This document shows, piece after piece, positions 52,521 to 63,928 of a stretch of DNA of 64,000 bases (position 1 is the stretch's first letter; each line of letters begins with the position of its first letter). The DNA lies in contig CAMAXP010000015.1 of assembly GCA_945862265.1 (NCBI GenBank), positions 25,384 to 89,383 of the forward strand, read 5' to 3'. The notes under the pieces are model-generated. The model searched no databases. It had not been told where the DNA came from and saw nothing but the letters and a program-made list of their open reading frames with translations. The stretch comes from Bordetella parapertussis (GTDB lineage: Bacteria; Pseudomonadota; Gammaproteobacteria; Burkholderiales; SG8-39). The position numbers were made by a program, and so were the translations under genes.

Positions 52521-54139
52521 TGCGGGTCTCCTTCAAAGGCAGTGTCGCCCGCACTATAGGGGTGATGGCCTTCGGGGTGATGGCCTTCGCCCTGCTCGGC
52601 GGATGCGCGTCGATTCCCGAGGTCCCGGGCACACCGATCGCGCCGGTGGCAAAGAAGGAACCGCACGTTACCTTCCAGGGCGGCACCACGCCGCCGCCGG
52701 CCTTTGAGCCCACGAAGCCTCCCGTCGCGGCCCCAGATCCCAAGCCCCTCGATGCCACACGCCTGCCGCCCTTCGACGGCGAGAAGCATGTGGTCAAGGA
52801 GCCGCTGCGCGGCGTGGCCACCGTCGATCGCACGGTGCAGCCCGATGACCTGTGGGAGCGCATCCGCGCGGGCTTCTCGATGCCCAACCTCGAGGGACCG
52901 ATCGTGCAGGACCGCACCGCGTGGTACGCGGCGCGCCCCGAATACCTCAAGCGTACGCTCGAGCGCAGCCGGCGCTACCTGTATCACATCGTCGAGGAGC
53001 TCGAGAAGCGCGGCATGCCCACCGAACTCGCGCTGCTGCCGATGGTGGAGAGCTCGTTCAACCCCATGGCCTACTCGCGCGCGCACGCGTCCGGCCTTTG
53101 GCAGTTCATTCCCGGCACCGGCAAGCGCTACGACCTCGCCCAGAACTGGTGGTACGACGGCCGGCGCGACATCGTCGCCTCCACCTCCGCCGCACTGGAC
53201 TACCTCAAGGACATCTACGAGATGAACGGGGACTGGCACCTGGCGCTGGCGTCCTACAACTGGGGCGAGAACGCCGTGGCCAAGGCCATGGAGCGGAACC
53301 GTGCCGCCGGTCTGCCGATCGATTACTCCAGCCTGCGCATGCCGGAGGAAACCCGGTATTACGTGCCCAAGCTCCAGGCGCTGAAGAACATTGTCGCCAA
53401 CCCGGCGCCGTTCGGCTTCGTGCTCGACCCGATCCCCAACCAACCCTACTTCGCCACCGTCACGCGGGAGCGCGACATGGACATCCGGCTGGCGGCGAAG
53501 CTGGCGGAGATGCCGATCGACGAGTTCCTCGCGCTGAACCCGGCGTTCAACCGCCCGATCATCCCGGCCGCGGTCAACGCCCGGATCGTGCTCCCGGCGG
53601 ACAAGGTGGAGCTCTTCCACGCCAACCTGCAGAAATACGACAACAAGGCGATGGTGTCCTGGCAGGCCTACCACCCCAAGGCCGGCGAAAAGCTCGAAGC
53701 GATCGCCAAACGGTTTGGTGTCGAGGTGGCGCAACTCCGGGAGGTCAACGGGATCAACGCCCGAACCCGCGGGATGCCTGCGATCCTGGTGGTCCCGATG
53801 AATGGCGCGTCGATCGACACCGGCGCCCGGCTGCCCCTGATGTACGCGCCGCCGATCCCTGTGGTGACGCCTCGTACCCTGGTCCATACGGTCAAGGCCG
53901 GGGAAACCCTGATCTCGATCGCCGGGCGCTACAAGGTCACTCCTGACGACTTGCGGCGCTGGAACCCGATCGGCCGGCTGACGGTGGGGCAGCAACTCAG
54001 GATCCAGATGGCCAGCCCCGCACCTACCCCGGCCCCGGTGGTTCGAACCTCCAAAAAAATAACAAATAAATCCTTTCAAGTCAAAGGAAAGCCGACAACT
54101 TCTAAAGTAAAAAGTAAAGACAAAAAGCAGCCTCACTAA
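52520..54139 (+). CDS. mltD: Membrane-bound lytic murein transglycosylase D-like lipoprotein with LysM repeats
   Basis: Lipobox LLGGC. SLT domain ...LPMVESSFNPMAYSRAHASGLWQFIPGTG...ASYNWGENAV.... Two LysM-like repeats (...GEKLEAIAKRFGV...; ...HTVKAGETLISIAGRYKV...). The start is ambiguous among GTG 52502, GTG 52520 and internal ATGs. Confidence 0.85.
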   Translation: MRVSFKGSVARTIGVMAFGVMAFALLGGCASIPEVPGTPIAPVAKKEPHVTFQGGTTPPPAFEPTKPPVAAPDPKPLDATRLPPFDGEKHVVKEPLRGVATVDRTVQPDDLWERIRAGFSMPNLEGPIVQDRTAWYAARPEYLKRTLERSRRYLYHIVEELEKRGMPTELALLPMVESSFNPMAYSRAHASGLWQFIPGTGKRYDLAQNWWYDGRRDIVASTSAALDYLKDIYEMNGDWHLALASYNWGENAVAKAMERNRAAGLPIDYSSLRMPEETRYYVPKLQALKNIVANPAPFGFVLDPIPNQPYFATVTRERDMDIRLAAKLAEMPIDEFLALNPAFNRPIIPAAVNARIVLPADKVELFHANLQKYDNKAMVSWQAYHPKAGEKLEAIAKRFGVEVAQLREVNGINARTRGMPAILVVPMNGASIDTGARLPLMYAPPIPVVTPRTLVHTVKAGETLISIAGRYKVTPDDLRRWNPIGRLTVGQQLRIQMASPAPTPAPVVRTSKKITNKSFQVKGKPTTSKVKSKDKKQPH

Positions 54140-54241
54140 GCCACTGCCCGGCTCCCGCCGGGCGCAAAAACCCCTTGCAGGCCACCGGGACAAGTCTAGA
54201 ATCAGTCTCCCGGTTTTCGATTTACCCCCTCCCCGACCGCC

Positions 54242-54805
54242 ATGACTCCAGCCCTGCGCCGGACAGCTTTCCTCTTATTCACGGCTTCCTGGTCGCTGTG
54301 GCCGGCCGCGGCCAGCGCGGATCCGCTGCTCTTTTTCCTGATGAGCGCGGCCAAGCAGATTGCGTCCTCGGCCTACGACAAGGCCGCCAGGGATGCCGCA
54401 GCGGCCCCCGTGCCGAAGCCATCGACCACCTATCCGGGCACCACGGTCGAACCGGAACTGCTGCGCCGGGTCATCAACGAAAGCTTTGCCTACCTCTCCC
54501 AGTCCCGGCGAGACGAGATCTTCGACAGCCTGAATGCCAAGCTGCTCGACCCGAGCGTGGCCGGAACGCGCGCCACGCTGATCGAGTTCTTCCTCGACCG
54601 GGCGCTGGCCGTCCGGGCCGCCCAGATCGAACTTGCCAGGCTTTCGGAAGCGGACAAGCGCCGGCTTGCCCGGCAGTTCAGGCAGGAGACGGCCGGGCTC
54701 GCGGACGAGGATCGCAAGCAACTGCTCGAACTGCTGGAGCAGCACCTGCTGCCCGTCCCCGCCGACCTGAACGAGCTGCTGCTCGCGCAGCTGCAAGAGC
54801 GCTAG
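54242..54805 (+). CDS. Hypothetical secreted protein (187 aa)
   Basis: Signal-peptide-like N-terminus (RRTAFLLFTASWSLWPAAASA), high GC3 and a helical charged C-terminal half. No family recognised. Confidence 0.6.
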   Translation: MTPALRRTAFLLFTASWSLWPAAASADPLLFFLMSAAKQIASSAYDKAARDAAAAPVPKPSTTYPGTTVEPELLRRVINESFAYLSQSRRDEIFDSLNAKLLDPSVAGTRATLIEFFLDRALAVRAAQIELARLSEADKRRLARQFRQETAGLADEDRKQLLELLEQHLLPVPADLNELLLAQLQER

Positions 54806-54823
54806 CGGAAGAACCCAGGCGCG

Positions 54824-56646
<1,823 letters not shown>

Positions 56647-56650
<4 letters not shown>

Positions 56651-58011
56651 GCCCCGCCCCCGCCGACGCGGACCCGCGGATCGAATCCGTCGCGCACGGC
56701 ATCGGCAAACAGGTTCGCCACCAGCACCAGCACGAACATGAACCAGAACGCGGCGGCGAGCGCCCACCAGACCATCGGCTCGCGCGCCATCTCGAGCCGG
56801 GCGTTGTTGATCATCGTGCCGAAGCTGGTGGTCGACGGATCCACACCGACCCCGACATACGACAGCACCGCTTCCGCCAGTACCAGCCCCGAGAAGTCCA
56901 TCACCAGCGAGATGATGATGATGTGCATCACGTTGGGCAGGATGTGCCGGCCGATGATGCGCGTGTGGCTCACGCCGAACGCATGCGCCGCCTGGATGTA
57001 CTCGAGCTCACGCAGCTTGAGGGCTTCCCCGCGCAGGAGTCGCGCAAGCCCGGTCCAGCTGGTCAGCCCGAGGATGATGCACAGGAACAGGAGGCGCAGG
57101 TCGGCGCGCTGGGCCGTGGTCGGGAACAACTCGGGGTGCGTATCGATGTAGACCTGCATCATCAGCACGCTGGCCGCGATCAGCAGCACCCCGGGGATCG
57201 AGTTGAGCGTCGTGTAGAGGTACTGGATCACGTCGTCGACCCAGCCGCGAAAGTAGCCGGCCATGATGCCTACGGCCGCGCCGAGCGGGAGCATCACCAG
57301 CGTGGTGAGGGTGCCGATCACAAGGCTCGTGCGGATGCTCTTCAGCGAGAGGTAGAACACGTCCTGGCCGACCTTGTCGGTGCCGAGCACGTGGTAGCTG
57401 CCCGACAGGGTAAAGGCCGGCGCCGCAACCGCCAGCAACAGGCCGAAGGCCAGGTACGCGGCGCCCCAGGGCACGCCGGCGTGGCGCCGCGCGAAGCCAC
57501 GCAACGCCCATCCCAGCACCACCCAGCACATGAATGCCACGGCCAGCGCCCCGAAGGCCCGGGTCGCGACATCCGATCCGTGGTCGGCTTCGTCCTTGAG
57601 GTGCGCGCCGCCATGCCGCAGGCGCGGATAATCCCTCACCGACTTCCCGCCGGGAACCTCGATGAGTTCCTTTGCGTAGAGGCGCGTCGCGAACGGCGCC
57701 GAGTAGGTCTTCTCCGAGCGGGCGCGCAGCCCGCCGACGGCGAGATCCAGGAGGCTGGTCACATCATTGGAATAGGCGACGGGCGCCGAGGGGTCCTTGC
57801 GCTCCAGTTGTAACCGGAAATGCAGCGAATCGGCGAGGCCCACCGCCAGGTAGGCCAGCAGCACGACGAGGGACATCATTGCAGCCCGGCTGGAGAACAC
57901 GCGCCGCCAGGGCGCCGCAAGGTGTTCGTGCCGTCTGCAGTAGGCGGCATAGCCGATCGTGCCCGCGACCAGCAGCCAGACCAGCACATCGGTGACGAGG
58001 ATCACCGGCAT
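56647..58011 (-). CDS. Peptide-type ABC transporter permease (YejE/DppC-like) with extended N-terminal region
   Basis: Contains ...HVLGTDKVGQDVF... and EAA-loop region ...EYIQAAHAFGVSHTRIIGRHILPN.... ATGA overlap with the ATPase gene. Confidence 0.85.
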
Positions 58012-58014
58012 CGG

Positions 58015-58992
58015 TTACTCCAACCTCACGCGAGGATCGACCAGCGTGTACGACAAGTCGGTCAGCAGCAGGCCCAGGATATAGAGCATCGACCCGATGA
58101 ACACCATCGCCCTCACCACGGCGAAGTCCTGCCCCTGGATCGCCTCGATGGTGTAGCTGCCCAGGCCCGGGATGCCGAAGAACGATTCCGACAGCAGGCT
58201 GCCCATGAACAGCAGCGGGATCACCACCACCGCGCCGGTGAGGATGGGGATCATCGCGTTCTTGAGGACGTGCCGGAACAGCACGGCGGTTTCGGCCAGG
58301 CCCTTGGCGCGCGCGGTGCGCACGTAGTCCTTGCCCATCTCCTCCAGGAACAGCGTGCGGTACCACCGGCTGCCGCTGCCAACGCCGCTCAGCACGCCGA
58401 TCATCACCGGGAGGACGAGGAACTTGGCCGCGTTCAGCCCGCTGTCATAACCGGAAATGGGCACCAGGTGCCACAGCTTGGAGGCCAGGTATTGCCCGCC
58501 GATGATGTAGAACAGCGTGGAGATCGACATCATCGCGACACACAGCACCACCCCGGCGAAATCCAGGGGCGTGGCGCGAAAGAAGGCCATGCCGAGCGCG
58601 AAGGTGATATTCACCGCCAGGCCGACGAGGAATACCGGGATGGCGAGCGCGAGGCTCGGTCCGACCCGTGCACGGATCTCGGTCGCGATGTCTCGCTTGT
58701 CCTCCGCCGCCCCGAAATCGAACACGAAGAGGCGCGCGGACTTCTCAAAGAAGATGGTTTGCGTCAGCCGCCCCGTGCCCGCGGCCGCGTCGTTCCAGAG
58801 CAGCGGGCGGTCGTAGCCACGCTCGGCCTTCCATTTGGCGATCGCCTCGGGCGTGACGCGCTTGGCGCCCAGCTGCATGCGGGCCATGTCGTCGGGCGTA
58901 TTGACCACGAAGAACAGCGCAAACGTGATCAGGTTGACCCCGATGAGGATCGGGATCGCGTAGAGGACGCGGCGCAGGATGTAGGAGAGCAT
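58015..58992 (-). CDS. Peptide-type ABC transporter permease (YejB/DppB-like)
   Basis: Internal ATG 58992 (MLSYILRRVLYAIPILIGVNLITFALF...). Contains ...YVRTARAKGL.... Confidence 0.9.
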   Translation of the reverse strand: MLSYILRRVLYAIPILIGVNLITFALFFVVNTPDDMARMQLGAKRVTPEAIAKWKAERGYDRPLLWNDAAAGTGRLTQTIFFEKSARLFVFDFGAAEDKRDIATEIRARVGPSLALAIPVFLVGLAVNITFALGMAFFRATPLDFAGVVLCVAMMSISTLFYIIGGQYLASKLWHLVPISGYDSGLNAAKFLVLPVMIGVLSGVGSGSRWYRTLFLEEMGKDYVRTARAKGLAETAVLFRHVLKNAMIPILTGAVVVIPLLFMGSLLSESFFGIPGLGSYTIEAIQGQDFAVVRAMVFIGSMLYILGLLLTDLSYTLVDPRVRLE

Positions 58993-58999
58993 CGTCGGG

Positions 59000-61117
59000 T
59001 CAGCCCTTCCCCGCCCGGCGTTCACGACGGCGATAGCTCATGACTGCAGGGACGACGAGTGCGGCAAGCGCAAGCGCCACAAGAAGCATCGGCCAGAGGA
59101 CCGGCCGGTTCCAGTCGCTGCGCAGGTTGGCGCGCGCCTGCGCGTCCACGCGGAGATACTTCAGGTTGTTGCGGGCCATGTTGTTCGGCTTGCCGTTCAT
59201 GAGCCAGCTGTGCGAGAGGCTGAATTCCTTCGGGTGGAACCCCCAGACCCAGGGAGCGTCGTGGCGGGCCACCTCGACCATGCGGTCGATGATGCGCTGC
59301 CGCTCGGGCGAGTTTGGCATGTTCTTCATCTGAGCGAACAGCGCGTCGAACTCGGGGTTTTCGTAATTCGAGGTGTTCTCGCCCTGCGCCTTGGCGCGGC
59401 TCTGCGGGCCGTGCAGCAGGAACATGAAGTTTTCCGGGTCCGGGTAGTCGGCATTCCAGCCAAGGATGTAGAGCTGCTGGCTGCCCTTGCGGATCTTTTC
59501 CTGGAACCTGTTCCAGTCGGTCTCGCGCACTTCGAGCTGGATGTCGAGCTTGGAAAACTGCTTCCTCCACCAGTCGAGCCTTGCCTTGTCGCCCGGCCCG
59601 CGTGCGACGGTATCGAGGTACAGCACCAGCGGCTGGCCGGTCTTCGCGTCGCGTCCACCGGGATAGCCAGCCTCGGCCATGAGCTTCTTCGCCTGCTCCA
59701 GGGGGCGCCGCTGCGCGCGCCCATCCTTCCACTCGTAGGCCACCGGGTTCACGCCCTCCTGCCCGTCGCGATACCCGAAGATTCCCGGCGCAAGCGGGCT
59801 CTGCGCGACGATTCCTCGACCGTTGGCGAAGATCGACAGGAATTCCTCGTAGTCGATGGCGACTGTAAGCGCGTGGCGCAGCTTGCGCGCCCGCTCCGCG
59901 GAGTCCTTGTCCTTGCCGCCGCCGACCACGGCATCGTTCCAGTTGAAGCCCAGGTACAGGATGGTGGTGGTGACCGCCGTCCGCAGCGATATCCCCCGTT
60001 TCTCCATCTCGGGGGTGAGCGCGGTCTCGCCCTCGATGGAGATGCGCACCGCCTGGTCGAAGTTGTCCGACCCGATCCCGGACACGTCGTAGTACCCCTG
60101 CAGGAACTTGTTCCAGTATGGGATGCCCTCCTTCTCGCGGCTGTAGACCACACGATCGATGAACGGCATGGTCTTGTCGGCGTCCCTGAGGAGCCCCTGC
60201 TTCGCGTCCCCTGGCTCGCCCTCCGACGGATAGGCTTCCCCGCGGAAGTTCGGGTTCCGCTCGAGCACCATGCGTGCGTTCGGGTCGTTCTCGGTGAGCA
60301 TGTAGGCCCCCGTGCCTACGGGCCACCAGTCGAGCGTGAAGTTCTTTTCAGCCATGCCGGGCTGGCTGAAGAATTTTTCGACCTCCCAGGGGATCGGGGC
60401 GAAGAAAGGCATCGCCAGCCAGTAGGCAAACTGCGGATAGCGCCCCTTCAGCCGGATGCGCAGGGTGTGGTCGTCGACCTTCTCCACGCCCTCGAGCGGG
60501 AATTCGCGCAAGTCGAGCCAGGCGTCCTTGGGCCGCTGCCCAGCGACGGCTTTCAGCTGCTTTGCGTAGGCATCAAGGCCCACGATGTATTCGCTCATCA
60601 GGCCGAAGATCGGCGAATGCAGGCGCGGGTGCGCGAGCCGCTTGATCTGGTAGATGTAGTCGTCAGCCAGCAACTCGCGGGTGCCCGGGGCCGCCAGCTC
60701 GTACGGGCTTTTCAGCCGGCCGATTGCCTCGGGGGACAGGGCCTGGTGCTGCGGATTGAACGCGGGATGGGGCTGGTAGCGGATGCCAGGCCGGATCTTC
60801 AGCTCATACTGGGTGAACTTGCCCCCTTCAAGCTCGACCGGCACCGGCACCGCGGCGGCGGTCAGCGGAACCAGCTCGTAGGGAACCTTCAAATAGTGGT
60901 ACTGCAGCAACGGCTCGTAGACCTGCTGCGTGAACTTCGCCTCGTCCTCGGTGTACGACTGCACCGGGTCGAGGTGCTTGGGCCGTTCGGCAAACGACGT
61001 GTACAGCGTATTGGTGCGGGCATCGACCGCCGCATAGGGGTCGTTCCAAACCTCGCCGCACCCAGGGGCAAGGCAGGCCGCGGCGAGCGCGAGAACCAGT
61101 GCAGGCCGGGATCGCAT
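59000..61117 (-). CDS. Family 5 (peptide/nickel) ABC substrate-binding protein (YejA-like), probable lipoprotein
   Basis: Internal ATG 61117 (MRSRPALVLALAAACLAPGCG..., lipobox-like). It is a large SBP_bac_5-like body (...LDPVQSYTEDE...GTGAYML...). The upstream 52 codons of the track ORF overlap the fabI promoter/start region. Confidence 0.85.
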   Translation of the reverse strand: MRSRPALVLALAAACLAPGCGEVWNDPYAAVDARTNTLYTSFAERPKHLDPVQSYTEDEAKFTQQVYEPLLQYHYLKVPYELVPLTAAAVPVPVELEGGKFTQYELKIRPGIRYQPHPAFNPQHQALSPEAIGRLKSPYELAAPGTRELLADDYIYQIKRLAHPRLHSPIFGLMSEYIVGLDAYAKQLKAVAGQRPKDAWLDLREFPLEGVEKVDDHTLRIRLKGRYPQFAYWLAMPFFAPIPWEVEKFFSQPGMAEKNFTLDWWPVGTGAYMLTENDPNARMVLERNPNFRGEAYPSEGEPGDAKQGLLRDADKTMPFIDRVVYSREKEGIPYWNKFLQGYYDVSGIGSDNFDQAVRISIEGETALTPEMEKRGISLRTAVTTTILYLGFNWNDAVVGGGKDKDSAERARKLRHALTVAIDYEEFLSIFANGRGIVAQSPLAPGIFGYRDGQEGVNPVAYEWKDGRAQRRPLEQAKKLMAEAGYPGGRDAKTGQPLVLYLDTVARGPGDKARLDWWRKQFSKLDIQLEVRETDWNRFQEKIRKGSQQLYILGWNADYPDPENFMFLLHGPQSRAKAQGENTSNYENPEFDALFAQMKNMPNSPERQRIIDRMVEVARHDAPWVWGFHPKEFSLSHSWLMNGKPNNMARNNLKYLRVDAQARANLRSDWNRPVLWPMLLVALALAALVVPAVMSYRRRERRAGKG

Positions 61118-61126
61118 GGCCGCAAG

Positions 61127-61132
61127 TATAAT
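61127..61132 (+). promoter_or_regulatory. Consensus -10 hexamer TATAAT, candidate fabI promoter element
   Basis: Perfect TATAAT 28 nt upstream of the fabI ATG, inside a 43-bp divergent intergenic region. No good -35 element was seen. Confidence 0.3.
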
Positions 61133-61160
61133 CGGACACGCACCAATAAGAGGAAACAGC

Positions 61161-61967
61161 ATGGGATTCCTGGCCGGAAAACGCATCCTGATCACCGGGC
61201 TGATCAGCAACCGCTCGATCGCCTGGGGTATTGCCAAGGCGGCGCAGCGCGAGGGCGCGGAACTCGCGCTCACCTACCAGACCGAGCGCTTCAAAGACCG
61301 CGTCACCGACATGGCGAAGGAACTTGGCGCCGAGATAGCGCTTCCGCTCGAAGTCGCCGATGACGCGTCGATCGCTGCCCTGTTCGAGCAGCTCGGCGGG
61401 CGCTGGGACAGGCTCGACGGCATCGTGCACTCCATAGCCTTCGCTGCCAAGGAGGCGATTGCCGGCGACCTGCTGGAAGGCTTGTCCCGCGAGAGGTTCC
61501 GCGAGGCGCTGGACATCTCGGCCTACAGCTTCCCGGCCCTCGCCAAGGCGGCACTGCCCATGCTGAGCGACCGCGCCTCCCTTGTGACGCTCACCTACCT
61601 TGGCGCAGAGCGCGTCATCCCAAACTACAACACCATGGGCCTTGCCAAGGCGAGCCTCGAGGCGAGCGTGCGCTACCTGGCCGACAGCCTCGGCGCCCGC
61701 GGTATCCGGGCCAACGCGATTTCGGCAGGACCGATCAAGACGCTGGCGGCCAGCGGCATTGCAGGCTTCGGCAAGATCCTCAAGTTCGTCGAGCAGAACG
61801 CCCCCTTGCGCAGGAACGTGACGATCGACGAAGTGGGCAATGTGGCCGCGTTCCTGCTCTCGGACCTGTCTTCCGCCATCACCGGGGAGGTGATGCATGT
61901 GGACAACGGTTTCAGCATCCTGGCCGGCGGCATGCGCGGCCTGGTCGAGGACGCCCCCTCCTCCTAG
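61161..61967 (+). CDS. fabI: Enoyl-[acyl-carrier-protein] reductase (NADH), FabI
   Basis: GAGGAA ribosome-binding site, then MGFLAGKRILITGLISNRSIAWGIAKA.... Contains ...HSIAFA..., ...YNTMGLAKASLEASVRYLA... and ...RANAISAGPIKTLAASGI.... Confidence 0.95.
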   Translation: MGFLAGKRILITGLISNRSIAWGIAKAAQREGAELALTYQTERFKDRVTDMAKELGAEIALPLEVADDASIAALFEQLGGRWDRLDGIVHSIAFAAKEAIAGDLLEGLSRERFREALDISAYSFPALAKAALPMLSDRASLVTLTYLGAERVIPNYNTMGLAKASLEASVRYLADSLGARGIRANAISAGPIKTLAASGIAGFGKILKFVEQNAPLRRNVTIDEVGNVAAFLLSDLSSAITGEVMHVDNGFSILAGGMRGLVEDAPSS

Positions 61968-61969
61968 CC

Positions 61970-63868
61970 TTACTGCGCCTTCTTTTCCAGGTTCGCCTTG
62001 TTGACCTCGACCTTGGCGCGGGCCCGCAGGCTCGCGACGTAAGCCGCGAACTGCTCTCCGCCCACCTGGCTTTCGATGCGCGCAACGGCGGCCTTGGCGT
62101 CCTTCTCTCCCTTGGCCGGGGACTCGATCACCTTGCCTACCCGGTAGATCACATACCCGCCGTCCATGCTGTAGCCGACGTGTGCAGGGAGCTTGGCCGG
62201 ATCGGCCGACAGAATCTGGCGCAGCGCCTCCGGCGGCAGGCCCTCCGACTTGGCCCGGCTTACCGCGTGCACGGCAGACCACTTGATCTCAGGCGCCTTA
62301 CCAGCCGTGAGTTCAGCGAGGCGGGCGGCGCCCTCCTGCTGCGCGAGCTTGGACGCTTCCTGGCGGCGCAGGCGGTTCTCTATATCCGCCTTCACTTCCT
62401 CGAACTTGAGCTGGGCCGCCGCGCGATGCTCGACGACGCGGGCCGACACAAGGACGTTCGGGGCGACTTCAATTGCATCGGTGTTGCGCTTGGACAGGAT
62501 AGAGTCCGACGAAAACAGCGCGCCCAGCAGCTTCGGGTTGGCCAGCATCCCGGCGGCCTTCGACGCCGCCTTGGGGATCCAGTCGGTGCGCTGGACCTGG
62601 AGCTTGAAGCGCTCCGCCGCGGGCTTGAGGCTGTCGGACTGCTCGTACGCGAGGTTGCTGAACACCTCTGCCGACTCCGCGAAGCGCCTGGTCCCCTTTT
62701 GCTTGGCCAGTTCCTTGGTCAGCTCCGCGCGGACCGTCTCCAGCGGCTTCACCTGCTCCGCCCGGACTTCGGTGACACGAATGATGTGGTAGCCGAACTC
62801 GGTTTCGACGACGTCGCTCGTCTCGCCGCTCTTCAGCTTGAAGGCCACATCCTCGAAAGGCTTCACCATCATGCCCGTGGTGACCACGCCGAGGTCGCCG
62901 CCCTTCTCTGCCGACCCGGGATCCTGCGAGTTCTGCTTGGCGAGCTCGGCGAACCTTCCAGGTGATTTGCGCAACTCGGCGAGGAGCCCCTCGGTTTTCT
63001 TCTTCGCGGCCTCCTTATCGGCGGGCTTGGCGTCCGCGGCGGCGGGGATCAGGATGTGGCTGACGCGGCGCTGCTCACCCTGCCGGTACTGGCTGGCGCG
63101 GGACGCATAGGCCGCCTTGACCTCGTCCTCGGTGACCGGATCCGCCGCGCCCAGTTGTTCCGCGGCGAGCACGAGGTACTCCGCCTTGATCATTTCAGGA
63201 GTACGGAACTCCGCCTGATTGGCTTCGAAAAACGCCTTTGCAGCGGCTTCGGTGATCGTCACCTTGCCGAGGAACCCCTCGCCCGAAATCAGCGACTCCT
63301 GCACTTCGCGCTGCTGCTCGCCCAGCGCCACCAGGCGCTCCGACACTGCTCGCGACTGGATCGCACTTCCCGCGAGGGCACGATTCAGCTGCGAGAGCGC
63401 GACGTCATAGCGAAGCTTCGACTCGAACGCAGCCGGGGTGAGGTTCTGCGCCTGCAGCAGGGCCTCGTAGCTCGCCTTGGAAAACTTCCCGTCGACCTGG
63501 AAAGGCTGCATGTTGGCGATCATCTCGCGCAGTTGGTCATCGCTGACGGTGAGGCGCGAGCGGACGGCTGCAGTAGCTATTACGCGGCGGTCCACCAGGC
63601 TGTCGAGGAGGCCTGCGCGCGTGTCGGGCGTATCGAAGCTGCTTATGTCGGCGGTGCGGCCGAGGATGCCGCGGATGCGGTCCATCTGCTGGCGCATTTC
63701 CTCGTTGAACTCGCGCGCGGTAACGCTTTGGCCGTCGACATTCGCCACGTCGTCCGCCCCTCCCGTGGAGCGGGTGTACGAATCAAGCCCGAAGAAGGCG
63801 AACGGGACCATCATGACCGCCAGGACAACCTGGATCAGGCGTTTATTCTTGGTGACGAAATCAAACAT
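61970..63868 (-). CDS. ppiD: Periplasmic chaperone / peptidyl-prolyl isomerase PpiD
   Basis: MFDFVTKNKRLIQVVLAVMMVPFAFFG membrane anchor and parvulin domain ...VSHILI...DLGVVTTGMMVKPFEDVAF...FGYHIIRV.... Confidence 0.9.
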   Translation of the reverse strand: MFDFVTKNKRLIQVVLAVMMVPFAFFGLDSYTRSTGGADDVANVDGQSVTAREFNEEMRQQMDRIRGILGRTADISSFDTPDTRAGLLDSLVDRRVIATAAVRSRLTVSDDQLREMIANMQPFQVDGKFSKASYEALLQAQNLTPAAFESKLRYDVALSQLNRALAGSAIQSRAVSERLVALGEQQREVQESLISGEGFLGKVTITEAAAKAFFEANQAEFRTPEMIKAEYLVLAAEQLGAADPVTEDEVKAAYASRASQYRQGEQRRVSHILIPAAADAKPADKEAAKKKTEGLLAELRKSPGRFAELAKQNSQDPGSAEKGGDLGVVTTGMMVKPFEDVAFKLKSGETSDVVETEFGYHIIRVTEVRAEQVKPLETVRAELTKELAKQKGTRRFAESAEVFSNLAYEQSDSLKPAAERFKLQVQRTDWIPKAASKAAGMLANPKLLGALFSSDSILSKRNTDAIEVAPNVLVSARVVEHRAAAQLKFEEVKADIENRLRRQEASKLAQQEGAARLAELTAGKAPEIKWSAVHAVSRAKSEGLPPEALRQILSADPAKLPAHVGYSMDGGYVIYRVGKVIESPAKGEKDAKAAVARIESQVGGEQFAAYVASLRARAKVEVNKANLEKKAQ

Positions 63869-63892
63869 TTTCCGATTCGATCCCAGATGTGG

Positions 63893-63919
63893 AAAAGGCG
63901 AACCGGGGGTTCGCCTTTT
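63893..63919 (-). terminator. Intrinsic terminator hairpin downstream of tRNA-Asp (symmetrical, could act in both directions)
   Basis: AAAAGGCGAACC-ggg-GGTTCGCCTTTT: a GC-rich stem flanked by an A-run and a T-run, 10 nt after the tRNA 3' end on the minus strand. Confidence 0.6.
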
Positions 63920-63928
63920 CAGGAAGGT

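Noticed and set aside
54146-54163. The hairpin GCCCGGC-tccc-GCCGGGC just after the mltD stop, considered as an intrinsic terminator.
   Set aside because: It has a good 7-bp GC stem but is followed by GCAAAAACC (an A-run) on the sense strand. It is not a canonical terminator, so I did not list it as a feature.
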